Positions 1 to 11,530 are shown, counted from the stretch's first letter. The stretch is DNA of 64,000 nucleotides from Pseudomonadota bacterium (GCA_039028255.1 JBCCIK010000002.1:1183-65182); one strand, 5' to 3'. Notes: generated from the sequence alone by a model not told the origin. Numbers and translations are program-made.

Positions 1-1144
1 CCGTCACCATCAGTCGCTGAATATGATGCGCATAGGCTTCGTCGCGGGTTTGACCGATGGCGGCCGCCAGACAGGCCATATCCGTTTGTCCGGTCCAGAA
101 AAATCCGGGCAGGGGCCGGGTAGCATCCAGAAAATTCCGGCCGGTATATCCGGGCATGTTCAACCAGTAGATGCCGCGCACATATTCCCGCCAACCAATG
201 ATCTGACGAATGAAGCCTTCCACCGCGTTCAGCGGTGCGTGATGCTCGAAATACGCACGTTCGGCCCTGCGGCACACCTCTGTCGGTCCAAGCAGTCCAG
301 CGTTCAGATATTGTGACAGTACCGAGTGATACAGAAAGTGCTCTCCTTGCAGCATTGCGTCCTGATAATCGCCAAACAGCGGCAAGGCGTGGGTTGCAAA
401 ATGCTCCAGAGCGTCCAGGGCACCGGCGCGGGTGACAGCGAACCAAAACGGATGCAGGGTTCCGAAATTGTCGCCAAAACGTCGATCAACCAGATCCAGA
501 ACCTCACGCGTGATCTTGTCCGGCTGGGTTCTGGGCGGGCGCGGCATGAACAGATCGCGCTTGGCGGGTTTCCGGTTTTCAGCGTCGAAATTCCAGCGGC
601 CGCCCTCGGGTTGGTCGCCGTTCATCAGTAAACCGGTTTTGCGCCGCATATCGCGATAGAAATATTCCATACGAAATTGTTTGCGCCCTTTTGCCCAGCT
701 CTCAAATTCCTGATGTGAGGCGACAAATCGGTCGTCTTCCAGCATGCGCAGGGTGATGTTGCCACGCTTTGCCCAAGCAGACGCCTGCGATTTCAGGCGG
801 TATTCAGCCGGTTCCGTCAGCATCACATGGCTGATCGCCAGATCTGACATGGCGCGGGCGATCTCAGAAGGGATGGTGCCGGTGTTTTTTGGATCATCAA
901 GCGTCACATACCGCACGCGCCAGCCGGTGTTTTCCAGGTCGCGTGCAAAATGGCGCATGGCTGAGAACAAAAACGCGATTTTCTTCTTGTGATGTGGCAC
1001 ATATTGCGCTTCTTCCGCCACCTCGGCCATCAGAATGACATCGCGGGTCGGGTCCGCCGACCGCAGCGCGGCGCCGGTCAAGGACAGTTGGTCCCCCAAT
1101 ACCAGTATCAGCCGGTCGGGTGCATTTTGCGGATCACGCGTCAT
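1..1144 (-). CDS. Cryptochrome/photolyase family protein (FeS-BCP, CryB/PhrB-like), truncated by window edge
   Basis: Manual translation from ATG at 1144: MTRDPQNAPDRLILVLGDQLS...ILMAEVAEEAQYVPHHKKKIAFLFSAMRHFA, the typical DPRP N-terminus (LVLGDQL, HHKKKI..FSAMRHFA). Absent from the ORF track because it runs off the window. Confidence 0.88.
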   Translation of the reverse strand, partial: MTRDPQNAPDRLILVLGDQLSLTGAALRSADPTRDVILMAEVAEEAQYVPHHKKKIAFLFSAMRHFARDLENTGWRVRYVTLDDPKNTGTIPSEIARAMSDLAISHVMLTEPAEYRLKSQASAWAKRGNITLRMLEDDRFVASHQEFESWAKGRKQFRMEYFYRDMRRKTGLLMNGDQPEGGRWNFDAENRKPAKRDLFMPRPPRTQPDKITREVLDLVDRRFGDNFGTLHPFWFAVTRAGALDALEHFATHALPLFGDYQDAMLQGEHFLYHSVLSQYLNAGLLGPTEVCRRAERAYFEHHAPLNAVEGFIRQIIGWREYVRGIYWLNMPGYTGRNFLDATRPLPGFFWTGQTDMACLAAAIGQTRDEAYAHHIQRLMVT

Positions 1145-1152
1145 CCACAGGG

Positions 1153-1179
1153 AACTAGGGTGTCAAAAGGCAACAGCAA
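1153..1179 (-). promoter_or_regulatory. Putative RpoH-type (RpoHII-like) promoter of the photolyase gene
   Basis: Minus strand reads TTG-N18-CTAGTT, ending 8 nt before the ATG. Confidence 0.4.
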
Positions 1180-1387
1180 TGCCTTAGGTGTCAGCCTGTA
1201 TTTTCGCAATCCCTGACAGACATGTTCTGTCCGATGACGCACCGCCGCGCCGGTCGACTGTCTGCCGCGCGGCTTGGTTCGGGTCCGGGGCTCGCTGTGC
1301 GAGGGGATTGGCCGGATTGACAGTTTGAAGAGGTCGGCGCAAGCTGATCGGGTTGCTTCCGTAAATGAATTCCCAAGATTTGACATC

Positions 1388-2395
<1,008 letters not shown>

Positions 2396-2403
2396 GAGCG
2401 CCA

Positions 2404-3354
2404 TTGCCCAACCGATCCCGCGATATCTCTGTGGATCCGCGCATTCGTGTGGATCTTGCGCAGCTTCGGAACCTGGGTCTTCGTGCGCGGTCGTTGTCGT
2501 TTTTGCCACGCCAGCCGATGCGGTCGGTCCTGAATGGTCGCCACGCGTCGCGGTTGCGGGGGCGGGGGCTGAATTTCGAGGAATTGCGCGAATACGCGGA
2601 CGGCGATGACATCCGGACCATCGACTGGAAGGTGACGGCGCGCACCCGGGTTCCGCATGTTCGTGTGTACACAGAAGAAAGAGACCGCCCGACACTGCTG
2701 ATTGTCGATCAGCGGATGACGATGTTTTTTGGCAGTACGGTCTACATGAAATCGGTGATCGCGGCCGAAGCGGCGGCACTGGCGGCGCATCGTGTTCTGG
2801 CGCAGGGGGACCGTGTGGGGGGGTTGGTTTTTGGTGACACGCTGATCGCCGAACATCGCCCGCAACGCAGTCGAAAGGCGCTGGAACAGTTTCTCACGTC
2901 GGTTGCAACCGCAAATGGGATGTTGCATGCCGAGGCTTCGGCGGCTGCGGATATCTCGATCAATCGCGTTTTGCAGTCGGCGATCCGGATTGCAAAATCG
3001 AACGCATTGATCCTGCTGTTTTCCGATCTGGACGGGGCGACGGCGGAAACAGAGCCGCTGATCTCGGCGCTGGCGCGATCAAACGATCTGATCGTTTTCA
3101 ATGTGTCTGACTTCAAAGGCAGCGGTTTACCGGACAACCTGCGCCTGACGGTATCGGATGGTAGGCTTCAGGCCGAGCTCGATACGGGCAGGACCGAGAC
3201 GCAGCAGCGTCTGAACACATTTCTGGAGGACCGGCTGGCTCAGGTCGAGGCATGGTCCCGCAAATACGGATTTCCCTTTTTGCCTCTAACCACTACGGAA
3301 CCGGCCCTAGATCAGATTGCGCGGCTTCTTGGACAAAAGGGCGTGCCGCGATGA
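2404..3354 (+). CDS. DUF58 domain protein
   Basis: GRGLNFEELREY..GDDIRTIDWKVTAR, follows moxR; TTG start with AGGAG RBS. Confidence 0.93.
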   Translation: MPNRSRDISVDPRIRVDLAQLRNLGLRARSLSFLPRQPMRSVLNGRHASRLRGRGLNFEELREYADGDDIRTIDWKVTARTRVPHVRVYTEERDRPTLLIVDQRMTMFFGSTVYMKSVIAAEAAALAAHRVLAQGDRVGGLVFGDTLIAEHRPQRSRKALEQFLTSVATANGMLHAEASAAADISINRVLQSAIRIAKSNALILLFSDLDGATAETEPLISALARSNDLIVFNVSDFKGSGLPDNLRLTVSDGRLQAELDTGRTETQQRLNTFLEDRLAQVEAWSRKYGFPFLPLTTTEPALDQIARLLGQKGVPR

Positions 3355-3824
3355 ATGATGCGTATCAGGGGTTCAGCCTTGTCGAACTGATCGACCTGTT
3401 GAACGAAGTGCCCGCGCCGCCGCCTGTAGCGATGACACCGCAAACACCGGGGTGGTTCATTCTGGCCTTGCTGTTCGTGGTGATGGCGGGATGGCTTGGT
3501 ATCGGGCTTTGGCGGCACTGGCGGTCGAACGCGTACCGGCGCGCAGCGCTGGCCGCTTTGACAGCCGCCGGTGATGATGCGGCGGAAATCGCCACCATCC
3601 TGCGGCGTACGGCCCTGGTGGCGTATCCGCGTGCCGAAATCGTGCCGTTGTCAGGTGAGGCTTGGTTGAACTTTCTGGATCAGACCTGTCCTGGGGCGGA
3701 CTTTGTCAGCGGACCCGGGCGCAGCCTGGCCACTGCGCCGTTTCGATCGCAGACCGCCCCACCGGAATTGCGTCAAATCGCGATGGATTGGGTCCGCCGA
3801 CACAGATCGGTGCACCCTGCGTGA
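3351..3824 (+). CDS. DUF4381 domain membrane protein
   Basis: PPPV.MTPQTPGW + TM helix + NAYRRAAL...LRRTAL..YPR....LSGEAWLNFLD; ATGA overlap with the upstream stop. Confidence 0.85.
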   Translation: MNDAYQGFSLVELIDLLNEVPAPPPVAMTPQTPGWFILALLFVVMAGWLGIGLWRHWRSNAYRRAALAALTAAGDDAAEIATILRRTALVAYPRAEIVPLSGEAWLNFLDQTCPGADFVSGPGRSLATAPFRSQTAPPELRQIAMDWVRRHRSVHPA

Positions 3825-4807
3825 CCGTGTCACTGGCATATCCAATGGTGCTGTTGCTGTTGCCATTGCCGTATCTGATCTGGCGTTTCGCCCCGCCGCA
3901 TCTTGAACCGGTCACTGCAATCCGGGTTCCGTTCTTTCGTCAGATCACCGCAGCAGCCGGGTCGCAAACCCGTGCAGGCGCAGCGGTTCTGGTGCGAACC
4001 AGATTTCAGATCATCGTCGCAGGTCTTGTCTGGTGTCTTGTGATCCTGAGCCTGGCCAAACCCGAGCGTTTGGGCGATCCGGTGGTAATCGAAACCTCGG
4101 CGCGTGACATCGTTCTTGCGCTTGATGTCTCCGGCTCGATGGATGAACGGGATTTCATTGCATCCGACGGCACGCGTCAGCAGCGTCTGAGCGCGGTCAA
4201 GCAGGTTATGTCCGGGTTCATTGCCAACCGTGACAGTGACCGGATGGCACTGATCATTTTTGGCACACGTGCATTTGTTCAGGCGCCGTTCACCGAAGAT
4301 CTGCAAAGCCTTCAGGGGTTTCTGGATCAGATCGAAGTGGGCCTTGCCGGGCCGAACACGGCATTGGGCGATGCAATTGGTCTGGCCATCCGCACATTTG
4401 ACGCCAGCGATGTCGAAGAACGTGTGCTGATCCTGTTGAGCGACGGGGCAGACACCAGTAGCAGGATGTCCCCGGCCAATGCTGCGGCCATTGCGGCAGA
4501 ACGCGGGGTCACAATTCACACGATTGGTGTGGGTGATCCCGATGCTTCGGGTGAGGATAAAGTTGATCTGCCCATGTTGCAGAACATAGCCTCGACCACG
4601 GGGGGTGCGTATTTTTTCGCCGGCGATCAGGCGGCGCTGCGCAATGTCTATGCCGAAATAGACCGCCTGAACCCGCGGGTGATGGAAAGCAAAAGCTTCA
4701 GACCACGTGAAAGCCTTGTTCATGTTCCGCTGGGTCTGGCCACGTTGCTGGTTCTGGCGGGTATTTCGGTCATGTCGCTTTGGCAAAGACACCGGGTGCA
4801 CACATGA
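3821..4807 (+). CDS. VWA domain protein (BatA-like)
   Basis: MIDAS DVSGSM, TALGDAIGLA, LLSDG; GTGA overlap start. Confidence 0.9.
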   Translation: MTVSLAYPMVLLLLPLPYLIWRFAPPHLEPVTAIRVPFFRQITAAAGSQTRAGAAVLVRTRFQIIVAGLVWCLVILSLAKPERLGDPVVIETSARDIVLALDVSGSMDERDFIASDGTRQQRLSAVKQVMSGFIANRDSDRMALIIFGTRAFVQAPFTEDLQSLQGFLDQIEVGLAGPNTALGDAIGLAIRTFDASDVEERVLILLSDGADTSSRMSPANAAAIAAERGVTIHTIGVGDPDASGEDKVDLPMLQNIASTTGGAYFFAGDQAALRNVYAEIDRLNPRVMESKSFRPRESLVHVPLGLATLLVLAGISVMSLWQRHRVHT

Positions 4808-6327
4808 GCACGGTTTGGGATGCGTTTCATTTTATCCGCCCATTTTGGTTGTTGGTGGCGCTGCCGATCCTGATCCTGTGGTGGGTTCTGCGACCCGCAA
4901 ACGCGCAACGATCGCAGCACGTGCAGGGCATAGCGCCCCATCTTGCCACAGCGCTGGAGGTTGGCCGCAAGGCGTCACACCGTTTTTATCCTATCGACGG
5001 CGTCGCGCTGATCGGTGTCTTGCTGGCCGTAGCAACCGCAGGCCCGACATGGAGCCGGTTGCCCAATCCACTGGTATCGGAAACCGCACCGCTGGTGGTT
5101 GCGCTTAAGGTGACACCGTCAATGGAGACACCTGATCTGGCGCCGACGCGGTTGGACCGGGCCAGGTTCAAGATCCTTGATCTGATCGCGGCGCGGGCGG
5201 GCGCGCGCACCGCGCTTGTCGCTTATGCCGGGTCCGCACATCGCGTAGCACCCCTGACCGAAGACCCCAATATTCTGCGGCCTCTGGTGGATGGTCTGGC
5301 GCCTGACATAATGCCTGTCGACGGTGACGATGCCGGCGCGGCGCTGAATCTGGCCAGTCAGATACTTGCAACTGCCGAGACCCCGGGCGCGGTCCTTTTT
5401 GTCCTCGACGATCTGAACCCGGCAGATGTTCCGGCCTTTGCTGCCACAGATGATCCGGCCCGTCCACCTGTGGTGTTTTTGATTGCAGCCCCGGACAGTG
5501 TGGCGATTCCCCAATTGGATCAGATCCCCGACGCCCGCACGGTTCGGATCACGGCTGATACCGGGGATGTCGACCGCATCGAACGGATTCTGAGATCCGC
5601 GCACCAGGCCGCGCTTGCCAACGATGACCGTCTGCAATGGGCCGACCGTGGTTGGTGGCTGGCCTGGCCTGTTGCCCTGCTTGTTGCACTTTGGTTTCGC
5701 CGCGGCTGGACGATGCGCTGGGCTGCGATCACCCTGGCGGCATATCTTGCCGCTGCACCGGACACGGCGCATGCCGATGGCTGGATCGACTGGTTTCTGA
5801 CGCCGGATCAACAGGGCTGGCTGGCCTACAAAGACAAACGTTTCGCGGATGCGGGCGATCTGTTCCAGGACCCGATGTGGCAGGGTTATGCGAAATACCG
5901 CGCAGGTCAGTATGAGGATGCGATCACAGTCTTTCAGCGCCTTGACACGCCGGATGCCGCTTTTGCGCAAGGGATGGCGGAAATCAAAAACCGGCAGTAC
6001 CGTCCGGCGGTTCGATCTTTTGAAACAGCGTTAGAGCGTCAGCCTGACTTTCCCGAAGCTGCCGAGAACCTGGATATCGCCAAGGCCATTGTCGCCTTTG
6101 TGGAAACCACGCGCGAGCAATCGGATACTGGCGAAGAGTCCGGGATTGGCGCCGACGATGTGGTGTTCGACAATGAGACCGCGCAAGGGGCCGAAACCCG
6201 GATTGACGCGGTTGACGACGGCGCGTCCTCGGTCAACCCGGATCAGTGGATAGAGGCCATCGACACTGACATGGGTGACTTTCTGCGCAGCCGGTTCCGT
6301 CTGGAAAACGCGCAAAGGGGGCAATGA
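4804..6327 (+). CDS. VWA/TPR protein (BatB/C-like)
   Basis: FHFIRPFWL, AGPTW, VWA (TPSM..PDLAPTRLDRAR, YAGSAH..PLTED), C-terminal TPRs; ATGA overlap. Confidence 0.88.
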   Translation: MSTVWDAFHFIRPFWLLVALPILILWWVLRPANAQRSQHVQGIAPHLATALEVGRKASHRFYPIDGVALIGVLLAVATAGPTWSRLPNPLVSETAPLVVALKVTPSMETPDLAPTRLDRARFKILDLIAARAGARTALVAYAGSAHRVAPLTEDPNILRPLVDGLAPDIMPVDGDDAGAALNLASQILATAETPGAVLFVLDDLNPADVPAFAATDDPARPPVVFLIAAPDSVAIPQLDQIPDARTVRITADTGDVDRIERILRSAHQAALANDDRLQWADRGWWLAWPVALLVALWFRRGWTMRWAAITLAAYLAAAPDTAHADGWIDWFLTPDQQGWLAYKDKRFADAGDLFQDPMWQGYAKYRAGQYEDAITVFQRLDTPDAAFAQGMAEIKNRQYRPAVRSFETALERQPDFPEAAENLDIAKAIVAFVETTREQSDTGEESGIGADDVVFDNETAQGAETRIDAVDDGASSVNPDQWIEAIDTDMGDFLRSRFRLENAQRGQ

Positions 6328-7562
6328 TGCGGATATTGGCCCTGTTGATTTTATGCTGGCTGCCCGCGCAGGCATGCGCGCAGCAGACACCGCTGGTCAC
6401 AGTCGAAATGACCCAGACCGAAACCGTGCTGGGCCAGCCTCTGACCGTGCGGATCAAGGTTCTGGTCCCCACTTTCTCGCCCGCCCCGCCCGAGTTTCCT
6501 TCGCTGGAAATTCCGGGCGTTCTGGTCCGGCTGCCCGAGCGGGCCTCGGGGCCGATCAGTGAAGACGTGAATGGTGAGACATGGTCCGGCGTTCAGCGTT
6601 CCTATCGCGTCTATCCGCTGCGGCCCGGGGAATTCGAAATCCCCGCTCAGACCGTGCGTATCACTTACGCGCAGGACGGCGGGATCGATCCCATCGTTGT
6701 TGATCTGAATGCCGATGCAATCAGCTTTGTTGCGACGATCCCGCCGGGTGCCGAAAACCTTGATCCCATGATCGTGGCCAATGGGTTTTCGATGACCGAG
6801 ACACTTGATCCGCCGCAGGATTTTGAGGTGGGTGATGCAATTACGCGCACGGTGCAGGCCAACATTGCGGGTACGACCGGGATATTGATACCACCATTGG
6901 TTGGCGAAAACACATCGATCACTCTGCGTGCCTATCCCAAAGACCCCGACGTGTCAGACAGCGAAGAACGTGGGGTGCTGTCCGGAACGCGAACGGAGAC
7001 GATCACTTACTTGGGCGTAGGACCCGGCGATGCGGTGTTGCCACCGATCGCCGTTGACTGGTTCAACCTGCAAACAGGTCAGGTTGAAACGACCAGGGTT
7101 GACGGGGTTACCTTTGCCGTGACCGGCAGTGCAGCATCACTGTCTGGCCGAAACAACGGCACGGGCCTTTGGGTTGCAATCGTGGTGGGGCTGATCCTGT
7201 GCGGTGTGCTGGCGTGGGTTCTGCGCGCGCGATTGCGCCACCGCATGACCACAGTGCGCAACAGATGGAACAACAGTGAATGGTCCGCGTCCCGCCGTGT
7301 TCACGCGGCGATCAATGCCCGCGATCTGTCTGTCGTTTATACGGCCTTGAACGCGTGGTTGAAGCACCATCCACATTCAAACCCGGATGCGCTGAATGCG
7401 GTGCTTGCCCGGATCGGGCGTGCCCGTTACGCGCCACGCTCTGACGCGGGACCGGATGCAATCTGGGCTGATCTTTCAAGACAATTTCGGGAATTCCGCC
7501 GCCGATGCCGCGTGCAAGCGCGGCACACGCAGGGCGCGGCGGCCCTGCCACGCTTGAATTGA
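6324..7562 (+). CDS. BatD family protein
   Basis: Signal peptide, beta-rich domains (VGDAITRTV, LRAYP), C-terminal TM, ends LPRLN; last gene of the MoxR/Bat operon. Confidence 0.82.
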   Translation: MMRILALLILCWLPAQACAQQTPLVTVEMTQTETVLGQPLTVRIKVLVPTFSPAPPEFPSLEIPGVLVRLPERASGPISEDVNGETWSGVQRSYRVYPLRPGEFEIPAQTVRITYAQDGGIDPIVVDLNADAISFVATIPPGAENLDPMIVANGFSMTETLDPPQDFEVGDAITRTVQANIAGTTGILIPPLVGENTSITLRAYPKDPDVSDSEERGVLSGTRTETITYLGVGPGDAVLPPIAVDWFNLQTGQVETTRVDGVTFAVTGSAASLSGRNNGTGLWVAIVVGLILCGVLAWVLRARLRHRMTTVRNRWNNSEWSASRRVHAAINARDLSVVYTALNAWLKHHPHSNPDALNAVLARIGRARYAPRSDAGPDAIWADLSRQFREFRRRCRVQARHTQGAAALPRLN

Positions 7563-7632
7563 GCGTTGTGCATGTGCGCAGTTTTGTTCTTTTACTTGAC
7601 TGCGCGCAAGACACTGCCACATCTGTGACCTG

Positions 7633-8112
7633 ATGACAGATCTTCCTCATATCCTGAACTGGCGGCGGATTAACGACCGGATCACAACCTCGGGCCAACC
7701 GAACGAGGATCAACTGGCGGAAATCCGGGGTCTGGGCGTGACGCATGTTGTTAACCTTGGGCCACATGACAACAAGGGTGCCCTTGATGACGAAACTGGC
7801 ACAGTTACGGGCCTGGGTATGACCTATGTTTACATTCCGGTGGATTTCGAAGCTCCTTCAGACGATGATTTCGAGGATTTTAAAGTGGCAATCGAGGATC
7901 GTGCCGTCGCCAAAGTCCACGTACATTGCATCTACAATGCGCGGGTCAGCGCGTTCCTGTACCGATACTCTAAAGTCTCTGACGAGATATCCGAGTCAGC
8001 GGCGTTTCAAAACATGGAGTCGATCTGGCGTCCGGGCAGCAGCTGGGCCGCGTTTATCGACAATCCGAAGGCCAAAGGGCAGGCAAACAGATACGCGGGC
8101 GAGGATTACTGA
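7633..8112 (+). CDS. Phosphatase-like protein (DUF442/Blh-type, PTP-like fold)
   Basis: ITTSGQP, G..HVVNL, GMTYVYIPVDF, VHVHCIYNARVS (Cx4R loop). Confidence 0.8.
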   Translation: MTDLPHILNWRRINDRITTSGQPNEDQLAEIRGLGVTHVVNLGPHDNKGALDDETGTVTGLGMTYVYIPVDFEAPSDDDFEDFKVAIEDRAVAKVHVHCIYNARVSAFLYRYSKVSDEISESAAFQNMESIWRPGSSWAAFIDNPKAKGQANRYAGEDY

Positions 8113-8167
8113 CACCGCGAATCCCGCCGTTACGCGTATGCGGACATGGCCAGCAAACCCCAAGCTG

Positions 8168-8920
8168 TCAGCCTCGCTCAACAAGGTCTGGTGTCACCAG
8201 CCAGGTGATCACGGTATCGGCAAGGATCTTGTATCCGATTTCAAACTCCCGACCTTCGCAGAAACGGGCATCAAGACGCTGGATCAGGCGCAGCTTAAGG
8301 CCATACGCATCAGGGGGTGCGATCAGTTCTGCATGATCAAACCCGAAAAACCGGCGCACCTTTGGAAAAAGCGCCTTGTACAAGGTTTCCTTGGCGGAAA
8401 AGACCAGTGTGGCCAGAACCGCTGCTGGCATTACGTCCTGCTTGCGGATCAGCCGGGTTTCGTCCGTCAGCAAAGTGACTTGAAAAATTGAATCCAGTGC
8501 AGCTGCCCTGGCAACGTCTTCGATATCGACGCCAATCATCATATCCGCCCTGTCGGATGTAACAGCGGCACAGCGGGTGCTGGAATGGGCGATCGAGCCT
8601 GCAATGCCTTCCGGCCAAATGGGTTCGCGGTTTGTGCCCACCCGTATTTGTTCCGCGCCGCGGCCCAACGCAGACAGGGCTGCCTGCGCGACGGTGCGCC
8701 CGGCCAGGAATTCGGCCCGCCTCTTTTCGACCGCGTTATCCAGCGAATGCGGGCGATCAATGCCCAGTTCGTCAAACGCAGCATCCGAAAAACTGTTCAG
8801 ATCAAACCGGGACATCAGCGCAATCGCCCGGGCGCAACCGATATCCAGAACCCTGAGATCGGTCAGGAAACCCCCGGTTCTTGACTGCAATGCGGACAGA
8901 TTTGACTGGAATTGCTGCAT
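8168..8920 (-). CDS. 4'-phosphopantetheinyl transferase (EntD-type)
   Basis: RRAEFLAGR, PIWPEGIAGSIAH, IGVDIE, FSAKETLYKAL; start placed at ATG 8920. Confidence 0.93.
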   Translation of the reverse strand: MQQFQSNLSALQSRTGGFLTDLRVLDIGCARAIALMSRFDLNSFSDAAFDELGIDRPHSLDNAVEKRRAEFLAGRTVAQAALSALGRGAEQIRVGTNREPIWPEGIAGSIAHSSTRCAAVTSDRADMMIGVDIEDVARAAALDSIFQVTLLTDETRLIRKQDVMPAAVLATLVFSAKETLYKALFPKVRRFFGFDHAELIAPPDAYGLKLRLIQRLDARFCEGREFEIGYKILADTVITWLVTPDLVERG

Positions 8921-9189
8921 GACCCTTCTGCCATCCCGTGTTCGGCGCGCGAGGTCAATCCATATTGAACCGGCGCTGTGACGGGCAGACTGGCGCAGGT
9001 TAGGCGGTTCGCGCCAAATCAAGCGCAGTTTGCCGCCCGAGTTTCATCAGGAATGTGGGCAAAAGGACACAACGTGCCGCGCCTGAAACTGCGCAGGACA
9101 GGTCGCGTTGACCTTCCTTTGCCTCAGTGATCAATAACCTGTAATCGCAAGCAGCCTGCCAGCTTTTCACACATGAAAAGGAGCTGGCT

Positions 9190-11325
9190 ATGCCTTGTTT
9201 CCAATTGCGTGGCGCACTGTTGAGCGGCGCCTCGATACTGGTTGCGACCTCAAGTTTTGCGCAACAAACCCCAAGCGATGAGGTTATCGACCTGGGGACG
9301 ATCCGGATTTTTGGCGATAAATTCGCTGACTCGCTGGACCAGACAACGGCAAGTGTGGCCGTTCTGCCCGAACAGGAACTGAACACGCCCAACACACAAA
9401 CCCTTGCTGATACGTTCCGCCGGATCGCCAACGTACAAGACGGGGCCCGCACAGAAAGCGGCTTTATCATCCGCGGCATCAACTCTGAAGGTCTGACGCC
9501 CGGTGGCAATGGCGCGCCGCTGGCGTCGATCTATATCGATGGTGTGCAACAGACCGCCGAAGCCGCGCGGCGCGGGTTCCGGGGGCTGTTTGACGTGGAA
9601 CAAGTCGAAGTGTATCGCGGCCCGCAATCGACACTCAGCGGGCGCAACGCTCTGGCGGGCGCAATTTACCTGCAGACCAAGGACCCGGACTTTGTCAATT
9701 CCGGCGCTGCTCAGCTGACGTATGGCGAGAATAATCACCGTCAGGTCGGATTGGCCTATGGTGGTCCGATCAATGACAGTTTTGCTTTCCGTCTGGCGGG
9801 GGAGTGGTCTAAGCAAGACAGCGATCTGAACTTTCCCACCTACGAGCGTTTCCCGCGTCTGTCGGATCTGGATACCGACACGTATTACACCGTGCGCGGC
9901 AAAGTACTGTGGCAACCGGCTGATAATGCGCAGACTCGTGCCCTGCTGAGCTTCTCTCACAGTTTCGATTCACCGACGACAAACGACATCGCGGGTCCGA
10001 ACCAAATTCCGGGCGTTTCATTTGACGACGACCGGGGCGACGTGTTTCAACCCCCGTTTGTCTGGTCTCAGGATGTGCGTGAAACCCGTGTGAACAACGC
10101 AGGGCTGGAAATCACGCATGATATCACCAGTGCGCTGCGTCTGACCGCGCTGACCACGGTATCAGAGTCAACCACTGACCGGAATTCCATCAACCTTGGC
10201 GTTCCGGCAGAAACCTTTTCCGTCACCGGCGCATTCGATCAGCGCATTGTGTCTCAGGAGGTTCGGCTTAATTTCGACAGCGGCCCGCTCAGATGGGTCG
10301 CGGGCGTGTATGGCGCCAAGGAAATGAACCAGGGCCGGTATGACGGGGATATTTTCTTCGGCTTTCCGTTGGACATAGAAACCACCAACACGGCCGATAT
10401 CACCAATCTGGCAGTCTTTGGCGAATTTGCATACGAGTTTGCTCGCAACTGGCGTCTGATCGCGGGTGGCCGCGTGGACTATACCGATCAGGATATTGAC
10501 GCCAGCCTGTTTTCCATTGTTGGCGCTCAGAATACTGTACTGGACACGACCAACAGCGAAACAGAGTTCCTACCCAAGATCGGTTTGGAATATGACATCA
10601 CTGCTGATCAGCGTATCGCTTTGGTGTATCAGCAAGGGTATCGTCCGGGCGGGGCCGGCCTTCAGCCTGTTGGTCCTCCGTTCGCAGCCGGATCATTCGC
10701 CTATGAATTCGATCCCGAGAGCACAGACACCATTGAACTCTCATATCGCGGTGATTTCATTCAGGGCCGTCTGAATGTTGGTGCGAACCTGTTCTACACG
10801 AAATACAAAAACCAGCAGGTCGAGGTTGAAACCGTGGTTGGCAACCCGTTCTCGAATATCATCGTGAATGCGGGGGACTCGGAAAGCTATGGTGCCGAAA
10901 TTGATGTCACGTATCAGGCCACTGATTTGCTGACTATTTTTGGCGCCATCGGTCTGCTGCACACCGAATTCAAAGACTTCACCTTTGGTGCGCAGGACCT
11001 GTCAGGTCAGCAGTTTCGCAGTGCACCGGAACGCACGATCTCGGTGGGCGCAAGCTGGGGCGATCAGATCGGTTGGTTTGCCAACGGCCTGATCAGTTAT
11101 GTTGGTCCGCAGGACTCCGGGAACATTCTGAACCCGGCCATTGATCTGGGTGGATATACCACGGTTGATGCCTCGGGCGGCTATGCCTGGAATACGGTGC
11201 GTCTGACAGTCTATGCCAACAACCTTTTTGATAAGCGATACTTCACTGGCGAAGAAGGCCCCGGCCGGATCGCCACGTTGGGCGATCGCCGGGAAATCGG
11301 CGTCCGGCTCGACAAAACATTCTGA
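9190..11325 (+). CDS. TonB-dependent receptor (FyuA-like siderophore receptor group)
   Basis: Signal peptide, plug motif QVEVYRGPQSTLSGRNALAGAI, NNLFDKRY, terminal Phe. Confidence 0.92.
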   Translation: MPCFQLRGALLSGASILVATSSFAQQTPSDEVIDLGTIRIFGDKFADSLDQTTASVAVLPEQELNTPNTQTLADTFRRIANVQDGARTESGFIIRGINSEGLTPGGNGAPLASIYIDGVQQTAEAARRGFRGLFDVEQVEVYRGPQSTLSGRNALAGAIYLQTKDPDFVNSGAAQLTYGENNHRQVGLAYGGPINDSFAFRLAGEWSKQDSDLNFPTYERFPRLSDLDTDTYYTVRGKVLWQPADNAQTRALLSFSHSFDSPTTNDIAGPNQIPGVSFDDDRGDVFQPPFVWSQDVRETRVNNAGLEITHDITSALRLTALTTVSESTTDRNSINLGVPAETFSVTGAFDQRIVSQEVRLNFDSGPLRWVAGVYGAKEMNQGRYDGDIFFGFPLDIETTNTADITNLAVFGEFAYEFARNWRLIAGGRVDYTDQDIDASLFSIVGAQNTVLDTTNSETEFLPKIGLEYDITADQRIALVYQQGYRPGGAGLQPVGPPFAAGSFAYEFDPESTDTIELSYRGDFIQGRLNVGANLFYTKYKNQQVEVETVVGNPFSNIIVNAGDSESYGAEIDVTYQATDLLTIFGAIGLLHTEFKDFTFGAQDLSGQQFRSAPERTISVGASWGDQIGWFANGLISYVGPQDSGNILNPAIDLGGYTTVDASGGYAWNTVRLTVYANNLFDKRYFTGEEGPGRIATLGDRREIGVRLDKTF

Positions 11326-11336
11326 TCAAGAACAAA

Positions 11337-11360
11337 AACGGCCCCGGTTCAGGGGTCGTT
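11337..11360 (+). terminator. Stem-loop after the TBDR
   Basis: AACGGCCCC...GGGGTCGTT inverted repeat; no clear U tract. Confidence 0.45.
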
Positions 11361-11439
11361 GACCCATCCGGTTTCGCGACATGTCAGAGGCCTCTGTTAC
11401 GCTCATACGAATATTTAAAGAATACATAAAATTTTTATC

Positions 11440-11458
11440 TTGTATACATATTGCATAC
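11440..11458. promoter_or_regulatory. Putative GntR operator
   Basis: Palindrome TGTATACA (11441-11448) followed by TTGCATAC in AT-rich DNA upstream of a GntR gene. Confidence 0.55.
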
Positions 11459-11530
11459 TTTGCTAAGGGGTGCCATCACCAAAACGCTTCAGCCACCGAA
11501 CTGGCACGCGTTTAAAAGAGGAGGCCGGAC

